Program-made: the position numbers and the translations under genes
The notes under the pieces: generated by a model
Told to the model about the DNA's origin: nothing
Seen by the model: the letters and a program-made list of their open reading frames with translations, nothing else
Database searches by the model: none
DNA from: Chara braunii
Lineage: Eukaryota > Plantae > Charophyceae
Reading direction: 5' to 3'
NCBI GenBank assembly: GCA_003427395.1
Contig: BFEA01000013.1
Location: forward strand, 465,326 to 529,325
Length of the DNA: 64,000 nt
Shown here: positions 14,160 through 26,823 of the stretch, piece after piece
Position numbering within the stretch: the first letter of the stretch is position 1
Layout of the letters: each line of letters begins with the position of its first letter

Positions 14160-14845
14160 TTCAGGACCCCCTCGGTAGACCCATTGCAAGTATAGCTTGT
14201 AGATCCCTGGAGTCCCTGATAACCACAGTGCAGGCACCACCTCAACACTCCGTGTAAGTACATGCAGACCCCCTGCAAGTACCTGCAGACCCCCTGCAAG
14301 TACCTGCAGACCCCCTGTAAGTGACCCTTGGAGACCCCAACATCCACGTGCAGATCGCCTGCAAGTATCCCTTGCAAACGGCTTGAACAGTCCATTAAGA
14401 CCCCGTTGCAGACCCCTTGCAAGCACCTCCTCGAAAGGCCGTACACTCCCTCAAAACCACACAACAGGTACCCTCTCAAGGCCTGTTGTAAGTACCCTCT
14501 AACACTCCCTGGAAAAAAACCTGAGAACCCCTCACCCAGAAAGCTTCCCCCCTCGTACCCCCTGCAAAGCCCCTTAATGGCCCCGCAAACAACCACCCAC
14601 AGTACGCTCAAACAGTCCCCCAAAAGCCCATTCAAGTCTGTGTTTTCATCTGCAATACTGTTGACAGGTGCTCTGTCACAGTCCTTCAGGACTCCCGCTG
14701 CAACCCCCCTGCAAATATCCCCTGGAAACCCCTTCCACTCCCTCTAAACCACACAGCAGGTACCCTCTGAAGGTCCCCTGTAAGTACCCTGTAAGAATCC
14801 CTGAAAAAACCTCTGAGAACTCCTCAGCCAGCAACCTTCCACCCA
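14160..14845. repeat. Minisatellite (21-bp GACCCCCTGCAAGTACCTGCA units) plus a ~300-bp-period duplication
   Basis: Near-identical 21-mers at ~14255-14325. The block at ~14440-14550 recurs at ~14735-14840. Confidence 0.8.
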
Positions 14846-17033
14846 TTCTCTGATTCTTTTGAAAAATCAAGACAGACAGAGCCGGAAGTGTCGGCCATAG
14901 TTGGGACCTGCACTGTGCTCTGACAGCACGTGGGGCTGTTTAGGGGTCCGGGCTATCTGAAGTCTGCTAGAGGCAAGAGAAGTTCGTTCCTTGCTGAACC
15001 CTCCTCAGGAGGAGGGTGTCAGGATGTGTGGCGCTGCAACCATAGCTGCAGCTTCCTTCCTCAGAGATCATCTTTGTAAGGAGAGGTGGCGCTGCTACAG
15101 ACTTCCACCCGGGAAGTCTTCTGGCACTTCATCTTCATCAGATATTGTGGCGCTGGTCTTCTTCTTCATCCTTTGAGAGGCGCTTGGCCTCAGAGGCCTG
15201 TTTCAGCGTGGTGCTTCCCTGTGCAGACAGTATCAGGGTGGCCTAAGAGGCCTGTTTGAGGGTGGTGCTTCCCTCTGGAGGCAGTATCTGGGTGGCGCTG
15301 GTTGTTTCAGGGGCTCAGGGGTAGTATATAGGTTACTCAGGGTTGGGGAGTGAAGCGCTGCTCATCACCATGGTTAATAAACAGTGTGTATACTGTGTGT
15401 GGACTATCATTGCTTCATTGTTTCCTGGATGTGATCTACTCGGCTTTCCTTTGTGACTGGTTGTGAGGATTTTGTGGAGCGAATTGCACTCTCAGTGTTT
15501 TCAGTCATATCGCATGGTCAAGTCTTTCGCTGAGTTTATCTCTCCCTGTGCGGTGTGATACTCCCACCCTCTCCCCTTCCTTTTGTGTGTGTACGGGCAT
15601 ACGTGGAAGTCTATGTGAGCGAGTGTTGGTCTTCTGACAACAAACAACCAGGATCATAACACATCCATCCATCTTCTTTTTCTTCTTCTAGTTCTTCTTC
15701 ACCATTGGTTAGCAGCCTTCCTCCATCCCTCCATTTGCCCATCTCGCCATCCCTCCCCGCCTCCCTCCCTCCATCCATCCATCTTTTTCTTCTTCAGAGC
15801 AGCAGGCAACAAACATGCAGCAGACATCAGAGCAGCAGGCAACAAACATGCAAAGCCCCCAACCCAGTACATATCAGATGACAAACATTCCACCCAGTGA
15901 AACGGATTCCACCTTTCGCAGTAGCCAATGAAGATCGCAGGGCTCGATTCCTAGTCCTCACTTCACCTGTGTGCAGTATCTGGGTCGACCCCGAGAGTTG
16001 AACCCGTGACTTGTGTATTCGCAATAGTTGGTAGGCTGTCATAGGTCCGTAGGTCGTAGGGGCTCGATTTGAAGACCTGTTGTGTGTAGGCCTTAGCAAG
16101 ACCTAGGAGTCATAGCTGTAGCTCATAGATACTATAGGCCTGAAAGGTCAAGGTCGTAGCTGCTAATGTACCGAAAGGCCAAGTCTACGGACTTCCGGAA
16201 GGTTCGAAAGTGGTGTTTCGAAGCTTGCTCACGTTTAGACAAGGGCAAGTGGGCAAGTGGCGAGGCCAACTGCAGTACGTCGGCAGTGCGACTGCGGTGA
16301 GTTGGCAACGCGTCCCCATGCAGTCAGTGGTATCCGTCCCAGTCAGTCAGGGTCCAGTCAAGCAAGTATCGGGTGAGACTGTGTGCACCCAGGGCATGGG
16401 AAAGGAGCAGACCAATAAGCTACAGAAGTGGAAATCAAGAGGCAGCGACCAGCCATTCATTCATTCTTGTGTAATCCATGAGGAAGTGTTGCTTGAGCGT
16501 CTTGTGCGAGGTGGTCTGCAGATATGCCTGAAGTCGAAGTGGGCTGAAGGAGATAGCATAGCCATAGTTGTAGGTAGGGACAGCGGCTAGCGCCGCCATA
16601 GCTGTCGGTGAGTGCAGTGTGCGTGTGTGTGTATACAGAGTGTGTTGCATATGGGATATCCAGGATGATCTAGAGTTGAGGGTGTGTGAACGGTGAACTC
16701 GAGCATTGTGACGAACAAAGTTGTTGGGCGCTATCGCGCCATAGCTTATCTGAAGCGAGTTGTTGTTCGTGGTTCTATATCTCCGAGTTCTGAGTTGGGC
16801 GCATATCGCCAGTTTACTGTGTCACCTGTTTGCATGCATGTAAAGCAAGAAAGAAAGCAAGTCTGATTGTACTGGTATCGACGATGGTACCCGCTATCCC
16901 ATGCGCCATCGCCGTTGCAGCAGGAGAGAATGCGCGCAGTAGGGCGCCATAGTTGAAGAGCGCCGTTAAAGAAGGAAGTCCGCCATAGTTGTACTGCAGA
17001 CGAAGGTGTCGTGTACCTGCACAGAAGACAACT

Positions 17034-17087
<54 letters not shown>

Positions 17088-17760
17088 GAGCGCTACAAGA
17101 TTGGTTGTGTGGTGACTGTGGGCCAAAAGGAAGTGGCGGCCATAGTCGCAGAGCTCGAACATGGAGTAATAGAGAAGGAAGGAGGAGACATAGCCGAGGA
17201 AGAAGAAAGGGGCGAGATAGAAGAAAGGTGAAGAGAAGGGAAGTTGGCGAGGAAGAAAGTGCCGGCAGCCATAGCCGACTTGAGGGTTGACTTCGGTGTT
17301 GACCAATAATTGACCAGGTGTTGACCAGAGGGTTCATCGGAGCATTGACCAAGTTTTGGCCGTGTTGACCAAGTGTTGACCAAGGCGTTGACCGGAGCTA
17401 TTGACCACGATGTCGACCAAGGTGGAGTTGGTATAATCTCGCCAGGCCCTTAGCCTATCCCCTCGCCCTATGGATGTACACTCACCCTCTGGTACTTGCA
17501 GAGTCTGAGTCTATCCGTCGCTTCTTTCTGCATTTGAGTCTCTTCTGTCCAGGTGATAGGACTCCGTGTATGAAGGATAGGGCCTCGTTGACCAAACCCA
17601 CACTGGCTTAGTAGGGCTAAAGGTTGTGTCTGGCGACTCGACTGTCCCGGAGGACACGAACCCTCCCAAGGACCGGTACTGATCGGCGGGCTGCTCGGTG
17701 TTGTACGGTAGGCCCAAAATCTGAGTTGTGGGCTGCACAACGGCCCGTCTAAGTCTTGAG

Positions 17761-17858
17761 AGAACCTCCTGATCAAGTTGTCCTGTCTGCGACGTTAAAG
17801 AATTCCTGAGGTGTTACGGGGTATCTCCTTAAATGCCTCTTGATCAGCAATAGGTTCT
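17761..17858 (+). ncRNA. Conserved structured RNA motif in Ty3 leader (copy A)
   Basis: Outer stem AGAACCT-CTGATCAAG / CTTGATCAG-AGGTTCT. It encloses hairpin GTTGT-CCTGTCT-GCGAC, linker GTTAAAGAATTCC and a second hairpin with a GGGG loop. Homologous to 33903-34011. Confidence 0.6.
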
Positions 17859-18020
17859 GTAGTGACGGCTATAGTTTAAAGTCCAGGTTAAAGACCATAG
17901 TTGGTAGGGTTCTGTACGGACCCTGTCGTCCTTAGATTGAGTCGGTCTTAAGCCGAGTTAGTTAGGGGGAGAGTCTAAGTGGTGAGGAGTGAAACCGTTA
18001 CTTGGTTCTGCGTCTATCGT

Positions 18021-20447
18021 CATGGTTGACACACGTACCGAAACGAACACCTCCCCTTACACAGCAGAACAGGATGCAAAAGCCGTTGCCATTTTGAAAG
18101 AGAGAAGGAAGAAGAAGGAGGCCAAGAAGAAGGCCTTGCTGAAAGAACAGACGGCGAAGAAGAAGAAGGTTGAGGAAGAGATGGCGAAGGAACTGGAGAG
18201 GTTGACAAAGGAGGAAGAAGAAAAACTTAGAGCGGTAGAGGCAGAAGAAGATCCGTTGGAGAAGAAGATTACGGAACGGGTGGCCAATTTATCCTTGGGA
18301 GAAGAGGAGGCATTAATGTATGTAACCAGGGAAAAGCAGAAGGCGGCCATGAAAGAGTGGGATGCAGAGGAAGTCCCACTCAAGCGGCAGACTATAGAGA
18401 ATGAAAAGAGCATGGAGTTGAAGCTGCGGCTGATGAGGGAAAGGAAAAAGAGAGTGAAAGCAGTGAGCCAAGCGGCAAGGGAATTGGAAGAAGTAAAGAA
18501 ACAGAGAGAGCACATGGAGGTGCAGGCGGACCTGTTAGGGAACATGCAGGTCATGGCACATAGAGCGCCTAGCCCAGATCGGAAGAGCAATATCAGTTTG
18601 GTAGGAGTCAGGACTTAGCCTTGCGATTTATACGGCTGGGATTCAGAGACTTCGCACGTGAGTAGAGAACACAGGGCGTCATTGCACAGGGCGTCAGAGG
18701 TGAAGGCGCGCCTAGAGAACACAGGGCGTCATTGCACGGGCGCCATAGAGGGTGCCAAGCTGGCTGCACCCAAGGAAGAAGAAGCACGTCCTCGTAGGGA
18801 GCCTATTAAACTGAAATTCCCAGACTCCTATAGTGGAAAGAAGGAGGAGAACTTCGACAATTGGGAAGGCAATATTAAAACGTATGTGCACTTGCAGAAA
18901 GTCACCCCAGACGAACACGTCCTGATAGCTATCCACGCTCTTACAGAGAAAGCAGCAAGCTTCCCCCGTTCCCTGTGTCGCGCCGCCAATTGGACCGATG
19001 ACTTAGTTATGTATTCAACGTTTACCCCTCTCAACGATTTCCTTAAGTTATTGAGCGAACGGTTTGCAGACGTTACCCGTAGTGTGAAAGCCTCACATAA
19101 GTTGCAAACCATTCTCACCAATGGAAGAGTGTCAGGGCACTCGGAGGTGTGATGGACGAGTTAGTCGTCGTTCCCGACCATGGGGTCACTGAGACCCAAT
19201 TGGTCAACTTCTTCTACCGTGTCATGCCCGAACAGCTACGCGGGCATTTCTTTGAAAAAAGTCAGCAGCCTATCATGAACTATGATGCTTTGAGCAGGGA
19301 AGTGGTAGCGTTCGAAGCGCGGTCCATGTCAGTCTCCACCTATGAATCCCCCGCGGTCATGATCGCGGGGTCAATGTCGGCCCGCGGTCGGGATCCCGAC
19401 CGCCGAGGTCGGCCGCGGGCGAGGGCCACAGTCGGAAAACCTTGACATTTTTAATTCGTAGGATAATAGGCAAAAAAAACACAAAAAAATATAGGGTTGT
19501 AGGTTTTTTTGCCCTCTACACCCGTATATTCTTTGTTTTATTTTTTTACTTCATTTAGATTTTTTTTAAAATGAAAAACAGAAATCCCTCGAGCAAAAGT
19601 TCTTCACTTTATTCTTTTAGTAAGAAAAATAAAGGATTTTGTTTGTTTGTATATCTCAAATTTGGTAACGAATTTTGATATGACGCCAAGGCAAAAGTTG
19701 TTCAGTTTAGTTTTTGGCATAACATATATTTGTTTCAGAGTTTTCTGAATTTTTTTTTTTTTTTTTTTTTTCCTTTTTTCTTCACCGCGGACTGCGGTCA
19801 TGACCGCGGGCCCGAGGTCGTGCCCGAGGTGACCGCGGCCGTGGGGGATTCATAGGTCTCCACTTTCTGACACAAGGACCTGGATAAGGGCAAAAAGTGG
19901 AAAGTTGTACCATATCGGGTCAGGTCAAGGCAAAGGATCGCCTGATCCTTTCATTAGATGAAGGTGGTATGGATGAAGTCCCCTACGACCAGATAGAGTG
20001 GGGACTAGAAGAGGAGGAGGACAGTAGCGCTAGCCAGGGGAGGACTTGCACTGTTGTCGCGGCCGGAGAAAGGCCGCAAGGAGGAGGTAGAGGGCCAAGG
20101 GGGTCGGGCCTCTGGTGGTCGTTTCCAGGGCGATCAAGGGGTTGGAGGTAGGGGCAACCGCCAAGCGGGAGGCAGGGGTCAAGGTCCCTCGCAAAACCGT
20201 TCTGGAAATAGTTCATCGAATAGGGGGAATAGGTCACCCTATAGGAGAAGTGGTTGGCACCCAGGTCTGCCACAAGGCCGACCTTGGGAAGATTTGGGCC
20301 TGGACCAGCGCGTCTGGCAACAGCGTTTGGACCAGGGGTAGTGCATATATTGCGGTGACCCTGGTCACATCATCAAATATTGTCCAAAGTATAGAGATGC
20401 CCGATCGGCTGCCCAGGGGTCAAAAGGCAGCCGCCGACAGGGGTTAG
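18021..20447 (+). pseudogene. gag: Gag of element A (coiled coil, capsid-like region, CCHC zinc knuckle), interrupted by a MITE
   Basis: KLKFPDSYSGKKEENFDNWE retrotransposon-gag motif. Knuckle CIYCGDPGHIIKYC at ~20342-20383. Confidence 0.85.
19340..19855. mobile_element. hAT-type MITE inserted in gag of element A
   Basis: TIR CTATGAATCCCCC / GGGGGATTCATAG. Perfect 8-bp TSD GTCTCCAC at 19332-19339 and 19856-19863. Subterminal CCGCGG motifs. Confidence 0.92.
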
Positions 20448-20659
20448 AATTGCCCCTACCATAAGACCATGTGGGTAAACGAGCGGGAGTCGGTAGAAAA
20501 CTCCCACACCATATGCGCCTATGGCAGAGGTTGTAGGTCGGTGCTTAGATAGTTGTCCAGAGACTACATGTGTTAGAGTCTCTTTAGGCACCTCCCTCAC
20601 ATGCGTGGTGGACGAGCTAAAGGAGAGAATGCCTGTCTGGACCAAGATGTAGAAAGAGA

Positions 20660-23092
20660 GTAGAGAATAGCAAATACTAGTAGACGTAGAAGTCTTTAAG
20701 AGCAGAGTAGGGGCCCTCGTAGATAATAGGGTCACACGCAGCTACATTAGTAGAAAGGCGCTGCAAAAGTTAAAGTTTGGATTGAAAGTCCAAAAGTTAG
20801 TAGACCCCATAGTAAGTATCATCGCAGCACAATGTGAGTAGAGGATTACGTAGAGGGAGTCCAGGCGTACTTCCGCCTAAAGAAAAATGGGAAGGTGGAG
20901 AGAGTTCTCCATTCCCTGACTCTCCTCATAGAGGACAACCTCTCATTTGACATAGTCCTAGGAATGGACTGGGGAGAGGCAGTAAGGGTCATACTCCTAT
21001 TGAGAGAGCATGAGTGTAGGCTCCATAGTCCATCAGGCGAGGTGAAGATTGCTCGTCTGTTTCATGTGTCAGGAGTAAACAACTCCTTAACACATGGTTG
21101 TTTTAGCGCTCCTGCATTTGCGAGGCTAGTGAAGGAGTAACTAGTAGAACAGGTTATTGTAGCCTACGTTAGACCAGTTACTGAGCCTAAACAGGAAAAA
21201 CCCATAGATCCCGCTATTGCCAAGCTGCCGGAAGAATACACAAATTTAGCTAAGCCGCCAACAGGGGTAGTCCCGCGGCCTATCCAGCATCGCATTGAGA
21301 TAGAGTCTGGGGGGAGCAGTGTATAGGATGTCCCCGTGGGAGTTGGAAGAGCTACGCAAGCAGTTAGATGAACTCTTAGAGAAGGGTTGGATTAGGCCCA
21401 CTTCGTCTCCATTTGGGACACCTATTCTATTAGTCCCCAAAAAGGAGGGAGAACTTAGAATGTGCATTGACTATAGGGGTCTCAATATTGTCACAGTGAA
21501 GAATGCGGAGCCACTGCCCCGTATAGATGATCTTTTAGATCGGGTGTAGGGTTGCAAGTATTTTTTGAAGATAGATTTGAAGTTCGGATATCATCAGATA
21601 GAGGTTCATCCTGCTGATCAGTATAAGACCGCATTCCGGACTAGGTATGGGCACTACAGGTTCATAGTTATGCCCTTTGGACTAACTAACGCGCCAACAA
21701 CTTTTCAGCGATGTATGAACGACTTATTTAGGTCGTGGTTAGATAAGTTTGTAGTAGTCTACTTAGATGATATTCTAGTTTTCAGTAGGACCCTCCAGGA
21801 GCACGAGGGTCATTTGAGGCAGGTCTTGGAGAAGCTGAGAGAGGCTAACTTCAAGATCAACGCAAAGAAGTGTGAATGCACAAAGACCCAAGTTTTGTAT
21901 ATAGGCAATGTCTTCGACGAAAACGACATTAAACCAGAAGATAAAAAGATCGCAGCGATTACAGATTGGCCTACACCCCACACGTTGACAGAGTTGCGAT
22001 CGTTCTTAGGCCTAACTAACTATTACAGGAAGTTTGTGAGGAACTTCTCCACCATCGATGCCCCCCTTCGCAAGTTGCTAAAGAAAGAAACAATCTGGAA
22101 GTGGGACAAGGACTGCACGCTTGCCATGAAGAAACTGAAGCAGGCATTGATAAAGTATCAAGTCCTTAAGGTAGCCGACCCGTCCTTACCTTTCGTTGTC
22201 ACCACTGACGCGAGCCAGTATGGTATAGGTGTCGTATTACAGCAAGACGATGACAATGGATATAGACCCGTAGAGATCATGTCCGCTAGGATGCCTTCGG
22301 AGAAGGTAGCGACATCCACCTACGAAAGAGAACTCTACGCTCTCACGCAAGCATTACAACACTGGAAGCACTACTTGCTTATGAGACACTTCAAAGTTTA
22401 TTCGGACCACGAGACGTTACGGTGGCTCAAGACTCAGGCCACGATGGCACCTAAGCATACTAGGTGGGCCACAGAGTTGGGCTAATATGATTTTGAGCTC
22501 AAGCTAGTAAAAGGGAAATATAATGTAGTCGTGGATGCTCCGAGTAGGAAAGCTGACTACTTTGGAGCAATAGTTCACTATCTGGATATAGGCAAAGACC
22601 TGCAACAGAAAGTTAAAGAGGCATATGCGCAGGACCCTATCTATAGTAACCTCCTCAAGAGAGTAAAGAAGGCCCCTGAGTTCGAACCAGACTACCGCAC
22701 CACTGATGAAATGCCATTTGAGAAGACTAATGGTGACCGATTGTGCGTTCCTAACAGTGAGGAGATCCGTAGTCTGATCCTAGGGGAATGCCACGATACT
22801 GAGGGACATTTTGGTTGACAAAAGACTCTCGCTAACCTTATGCGCGCATACATATGGTCTGGGATGAAGGCCGACTGCATAGACTATGTTCGCAGTTGTA
22901 ACGTCTGCCAAAGAAACACGACCTCTAAGCGTGCCCCTCTAGGTCTTCTCAAACCCCTGCCTATTCCTGACCAGCCGGGAGACTCGGTGTCCATTGACTT
23001 GATGGACACCCATGTTAGGAGTAGGCACGGCAAGAGCCAAATCATGGTTATAGTCGATAGATTTAGCAAGTATGCAGTTTTTGTTCCTCTGC
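20660..23092 (+). pseudogene. pol: Pol of element A (protease, RT, RNase H, N-terminal half of integrase)
   Basis: [40 protein letters not shown]...CNVC, SIDLMD...IVDRFSK. In-frame stops present. Confidence 0.95.
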
Positions 23093-23567
23093 CTGTGTCA
23101 CCTGTTTGCATGCATGTGAAGCGAGAAAGAAAGCGAGTCTGATTGTACCAGTACATATCAGATGACAAACATTCCGCATACAGCAGGCACCATACATGCA
23201 CCCCCCCCAACCCCCAGCCAACCCCCCAACCCCAGCATCCCCACCCAGACCACCCCCCCCCAAAAAACAAAAAAACCGATATTCTATTGCAGCTTCGGAG
23301 TCCTCTCGCCGAACGCAGAACGACCTCGGTTTCAAAAAAAAATAAAAAAAATTATGGGCGTTTTTTTGGCCCGCCTGGTTTACCCGGATGCCCCCCCTGG
23401 GCCCAACCGGTCGGGCTGAGCCCGGCCGGGCGGCGTCCTCACTCCGGTTTTAACCATACTTGCAGTGCACTTGTGCGGTGCGCCATGCGCCATTTGGAAA
23501 TAAGTGTTGGGCTGAAGTTTTGCATTTTTTTTTCTGGCAGGGAATATGTGTACATACACGAGAGACG

Positions 23568-23647
<80 letters not shown>

Positions 23648-23761
23648 AAAGTCCACCTTGCACATAAATTAGAGAGCCCCTGCAGAGAATCCGAGGGGTC
23701 CTTCCAGTAAATCAGTAAGTTCCTACCCTCAAGCAGAGAGAGGCACAAAATTCACAAAGTG

Positions 23762-24101
23762 CAGGAGCGTGCCAATAATATATGGTCTGGATTGGAATTC
23801 AGGTCTGTGTTTCAGCAGTTATGGGTCACGAACTTAGCTAGGCCCTGTTGGTCTCTGCACGTGATTCTCAGGACTCGCCAAATGTGCAAAACTAAAACAA
23901 ATCTTCCCCTAGAACAGGGAACCATATGCTGCCATATGTTTGTCTTTTGTGCAAGTGGCCAGTAGTACTCATAAGAAAAGGACAACAAAACCAAGAGAAC
24001 CATGTGCCGAGACCAGCAGGGCCTAACTGAGTTCGTAACCGGTAACTGATAAAACACAGACCTGAATTCGAATCCAGACTATAAATTTTTGGCCTGCTCC
24101 C
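23762..24101. repeat. ~105-bp inverted repeat with tRNA-like arms
   Basis: 23762-23868 is the reverse complement (imperfect) of 23996-24101. The arms carry GGCCTAACTGAGTTCGTA and GAATTCGAATCC (Pol III A/B-box-like). Confidence 0.75.
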
Positions 24102-25232
24102 GTCTTTTTAATAATTTAACGACCAACTCTCTCTGGTGACGATCCCTTGTGAATGTTTTTGCAGGGGCTTGTCCGCAAAGAGACAGGATTCAATTAGAAT
24201 ATGCACACACCCACACACACACATGCACACACAGTTTTTGGGCGCGGTGGGGCCCCAATTTTATTTTATTTTTCTGTACTTCGAATTATTAAAAGGTAGG
24301 GGCACGTTTGGTCAGCAAACGCTGCCCTTCTGGATTTTTTTTGCCGACCCCTATTTAATGGGGGGGGGCCCATCACGTGTGCGCACATGAGTGTGCGTGC
24401 GCTATGCGTCACACGTGATGTGACGCAAGTATGGCTTTAGCCTTTGCTCGAAATCCACCTGCACACCTTCCTCTGCCTATCAGCCCGGCAATAGCGCATC
24501 TACCTCAACAACGGAGACCATTGCCGCATCCTCATCTCCTGCACCTTCCTTGCTGCTCAAAGAGTTATCTTCTTGTACTCTGCTTTCACAGACCCAACCA
24601 TTAGAGTCTTCCGAGAAAAAGAGCTGGACAAAAACCATGCATGTACGCGGAGATAGCATGGGAGAACAAATACTCCACCTCCAGCCCTCCCTCCCTTCCC
24701 TGAGTCTGGTAACTTCTTCCTTTGAGAATGTATCACAGCTCACGACTTTCGCTCAGACAACTTGCTGGGTGCAGTTCCAGCCTCCCAATCCTCAAAGTCT
24801 TGCTCCTCAACTTCTGTGTCACCGCCTACCTGCTTTGCTATCTTGCCTGCCTCCTCCTCGGTCCCACCACCATGCCCATCTTCTATATATCCTCCTCACC
24901 TCTGCCTCATCCTCTGGAATCTCCTCCTCTTCCTCCATGCCCATCTTCTATATATCTATCCCCCCCCTCTGCCGCATCCTCTGGAATCTCCTCTTCCTCC
25001 ATGCCCATCTTTTATATAACCCCCCCCCCTCCTCCCCCCCCCCCCCCCCCCCCCCCCTGCCTCACCCTCCCTCACCCCCTCACCCTCCCCCTCCTCCTCC
25101 CTCTCTTCTTCATCCTCTTTCTCCTCATCATCTACATGCTCTGCAAGCCAGGCTTCCAGCTTTTCACTTGCAAACTCCTTCCACACAATTTATTCAAAAC
25201 ATTGACGAAATAATGTTTTTCCAACTTTTTGT

Positions 25233-25643
25233 TTTGATTTGTTGCATATTTCTTGCGCAATCAAAGAAGCACTTCGATAAACAGAAGCTACTGTCAACAG
25301 CCGCCTGTTCCCTTGGACTGCCATAAGCTCTCTAGAGACCCATATTGATGACCTGCTCCTCTAACATTCCCAGGATGTCTTTCATCATCGCTTGCGCTCG
25401 ATAAACCTTCATCTCCTGATGTCCTCAAGCTTCCCTGTTTTAATTTGTTGCATATTTCTTGCGCAATCAAAGAAGCACTTCAATAAACAGAAGCTACTGT
25501 CAACAGCCGCCTGTTCACTTGGACTGCCATAAGCTCTCTAGAGACCCATACTGATGACCTGCTCCTCTAACATTCCCAGGATGTCTTTCATCATCGCTTG
25601 CACTCGATAAACCTTCATCTCCTGATCTCCTCAAGCTTCCCTC
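25233..25643. repeat. Tandem duplication, period ~206 bp
   Basis: Two near-identical copies, each starting ATTTGTTGCATATTTCTTGCGC (25237 and 25443). Confidence 0.9.
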
Positions 25644-26251
25644 TACACTCTCGCCACCTGGTCGACCCTCAGATCCTGAGCTGCCATCATACTCATTGCT
25701 ATGGTTCTCACTACCAGAAGCACCTTCTTTGCGGTAACCATCCTCGTGGTCCAACGGTGTATCTCCTATGTCCTCTCCTTGCCAGAAAGCATTCAGCGCC
25801 AACTTCGGCCAGCGCTGGAATTATCCTTGTTGCAGGCAGTTCCTCGTACCCTTGCGCCCGGTGGCCCACAATATCTGATATTGCGCTCCAACAAAAGCTT
25901 GCACCCGTCTTCTAGGCCTGGGGATCGAGGACTATGGCCTAGGAGGGTTCAGAACCCAGTCCATAGGACTTCTCACAGCCACAATTTACGGAAGATTGGG
26001 TGAGTGCAAGCCCGCACTAGGGTTGTCAGTCAAAATCCTGTGGTGGTCCCTCTTTGCCAGCCACACCTTTCTGATCAATGATTGGTAAACTTCCATCCGT
26101 TTTCTAATCTTCAAAACTGACTCGCGTCTTCTCCTGCATCTGGATTTCTGCACATTCGTCTTCCAGTGGAGTGCCAATACCTGACTCTCCTACCAAGCAA
26201 GGTAGATGTATATAAGTTCCTTCGACTCGAGCGGCACAGTATCTTCTCCTC

Positions 26252-26329
26252 AACATGTGGGAAGTATTCGGACATATCCTTTCCCAAGGACAATGCCATT
26301 ATCCACTTTATCGCATCTGTTTTATTCCG
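26252..26329 (-). pseudogene. Possible beta-adaptin (AP complex beta subunit) N-terminal fragment
   Basis: NKTDAIKWIMALSLGKDMSEYFPHV resembles the KxDAxKxxIAxMxxGKDxSxxFPxV adaptin-N motif; match is by eye only. Confidence 0.4.
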
Positions 26330-26823
26330 TTGGGCATCAGTGCCCATAAAGCACGTGATGACCAATTCATCTCCATCTACTTTTCCTCGCAATTCTCACC
26401 ACCTACTCATCAACCACACCCCACATTTCCTCTCTTCTCCACACTCCTCCCCTTCCTCCTTCATACCCTGACCTTCCCCCCCTTCCCCCCCTTGCCCCCT
26501 CTCTGCCCCCCCCGCTCGTGAATATACTGAACACAATTAACTCTCACCCTTATCTTGTCATTGCATCCATCTCGTCTATCGAGAGAGGTGTTTCATCATC
26601 ATTAAGGTCTAAGTGTGTGCAAGTGCTTCAGGACATCCATCAAACTGGACCGATACAAAGGTGTTCCGAAATGCAAATCGCCATCACCAAGCTGGACGAA
26701 CGCCATCGCTCTCATCAATCTAACAGCGCACCTTCCTGCACACACAATAGGAGCACAGGTCCACAAGGAATGACAGAGCTGATCCTCTTAGCAGCAAATC
26801 ATCCTTAGCGGTGCTGGTGATCC

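Larger units (their letters stand above)
15892..23147 (+). mobile_element. Decayed Ty3/gypsy LTR retrotransposon (element A), integrase truncated
   Basis: Domain order gag-PR-RT-RH-IN, with many stops and frameshifts. 5' boundary is approximate. Confidence 0.9.

Noticed and set aside
17931-17980. GGTCTTAAGCCG twister-like loop in a hairpin
   Set aside because: Lacks the U-A cleavage segment and pseudoknot partners in the proper order.
24550-25326. 258-aa Pro-rich ORF
   Set aside because: Built from poly-C runs and a short tandem duplication; no recognisable domain.
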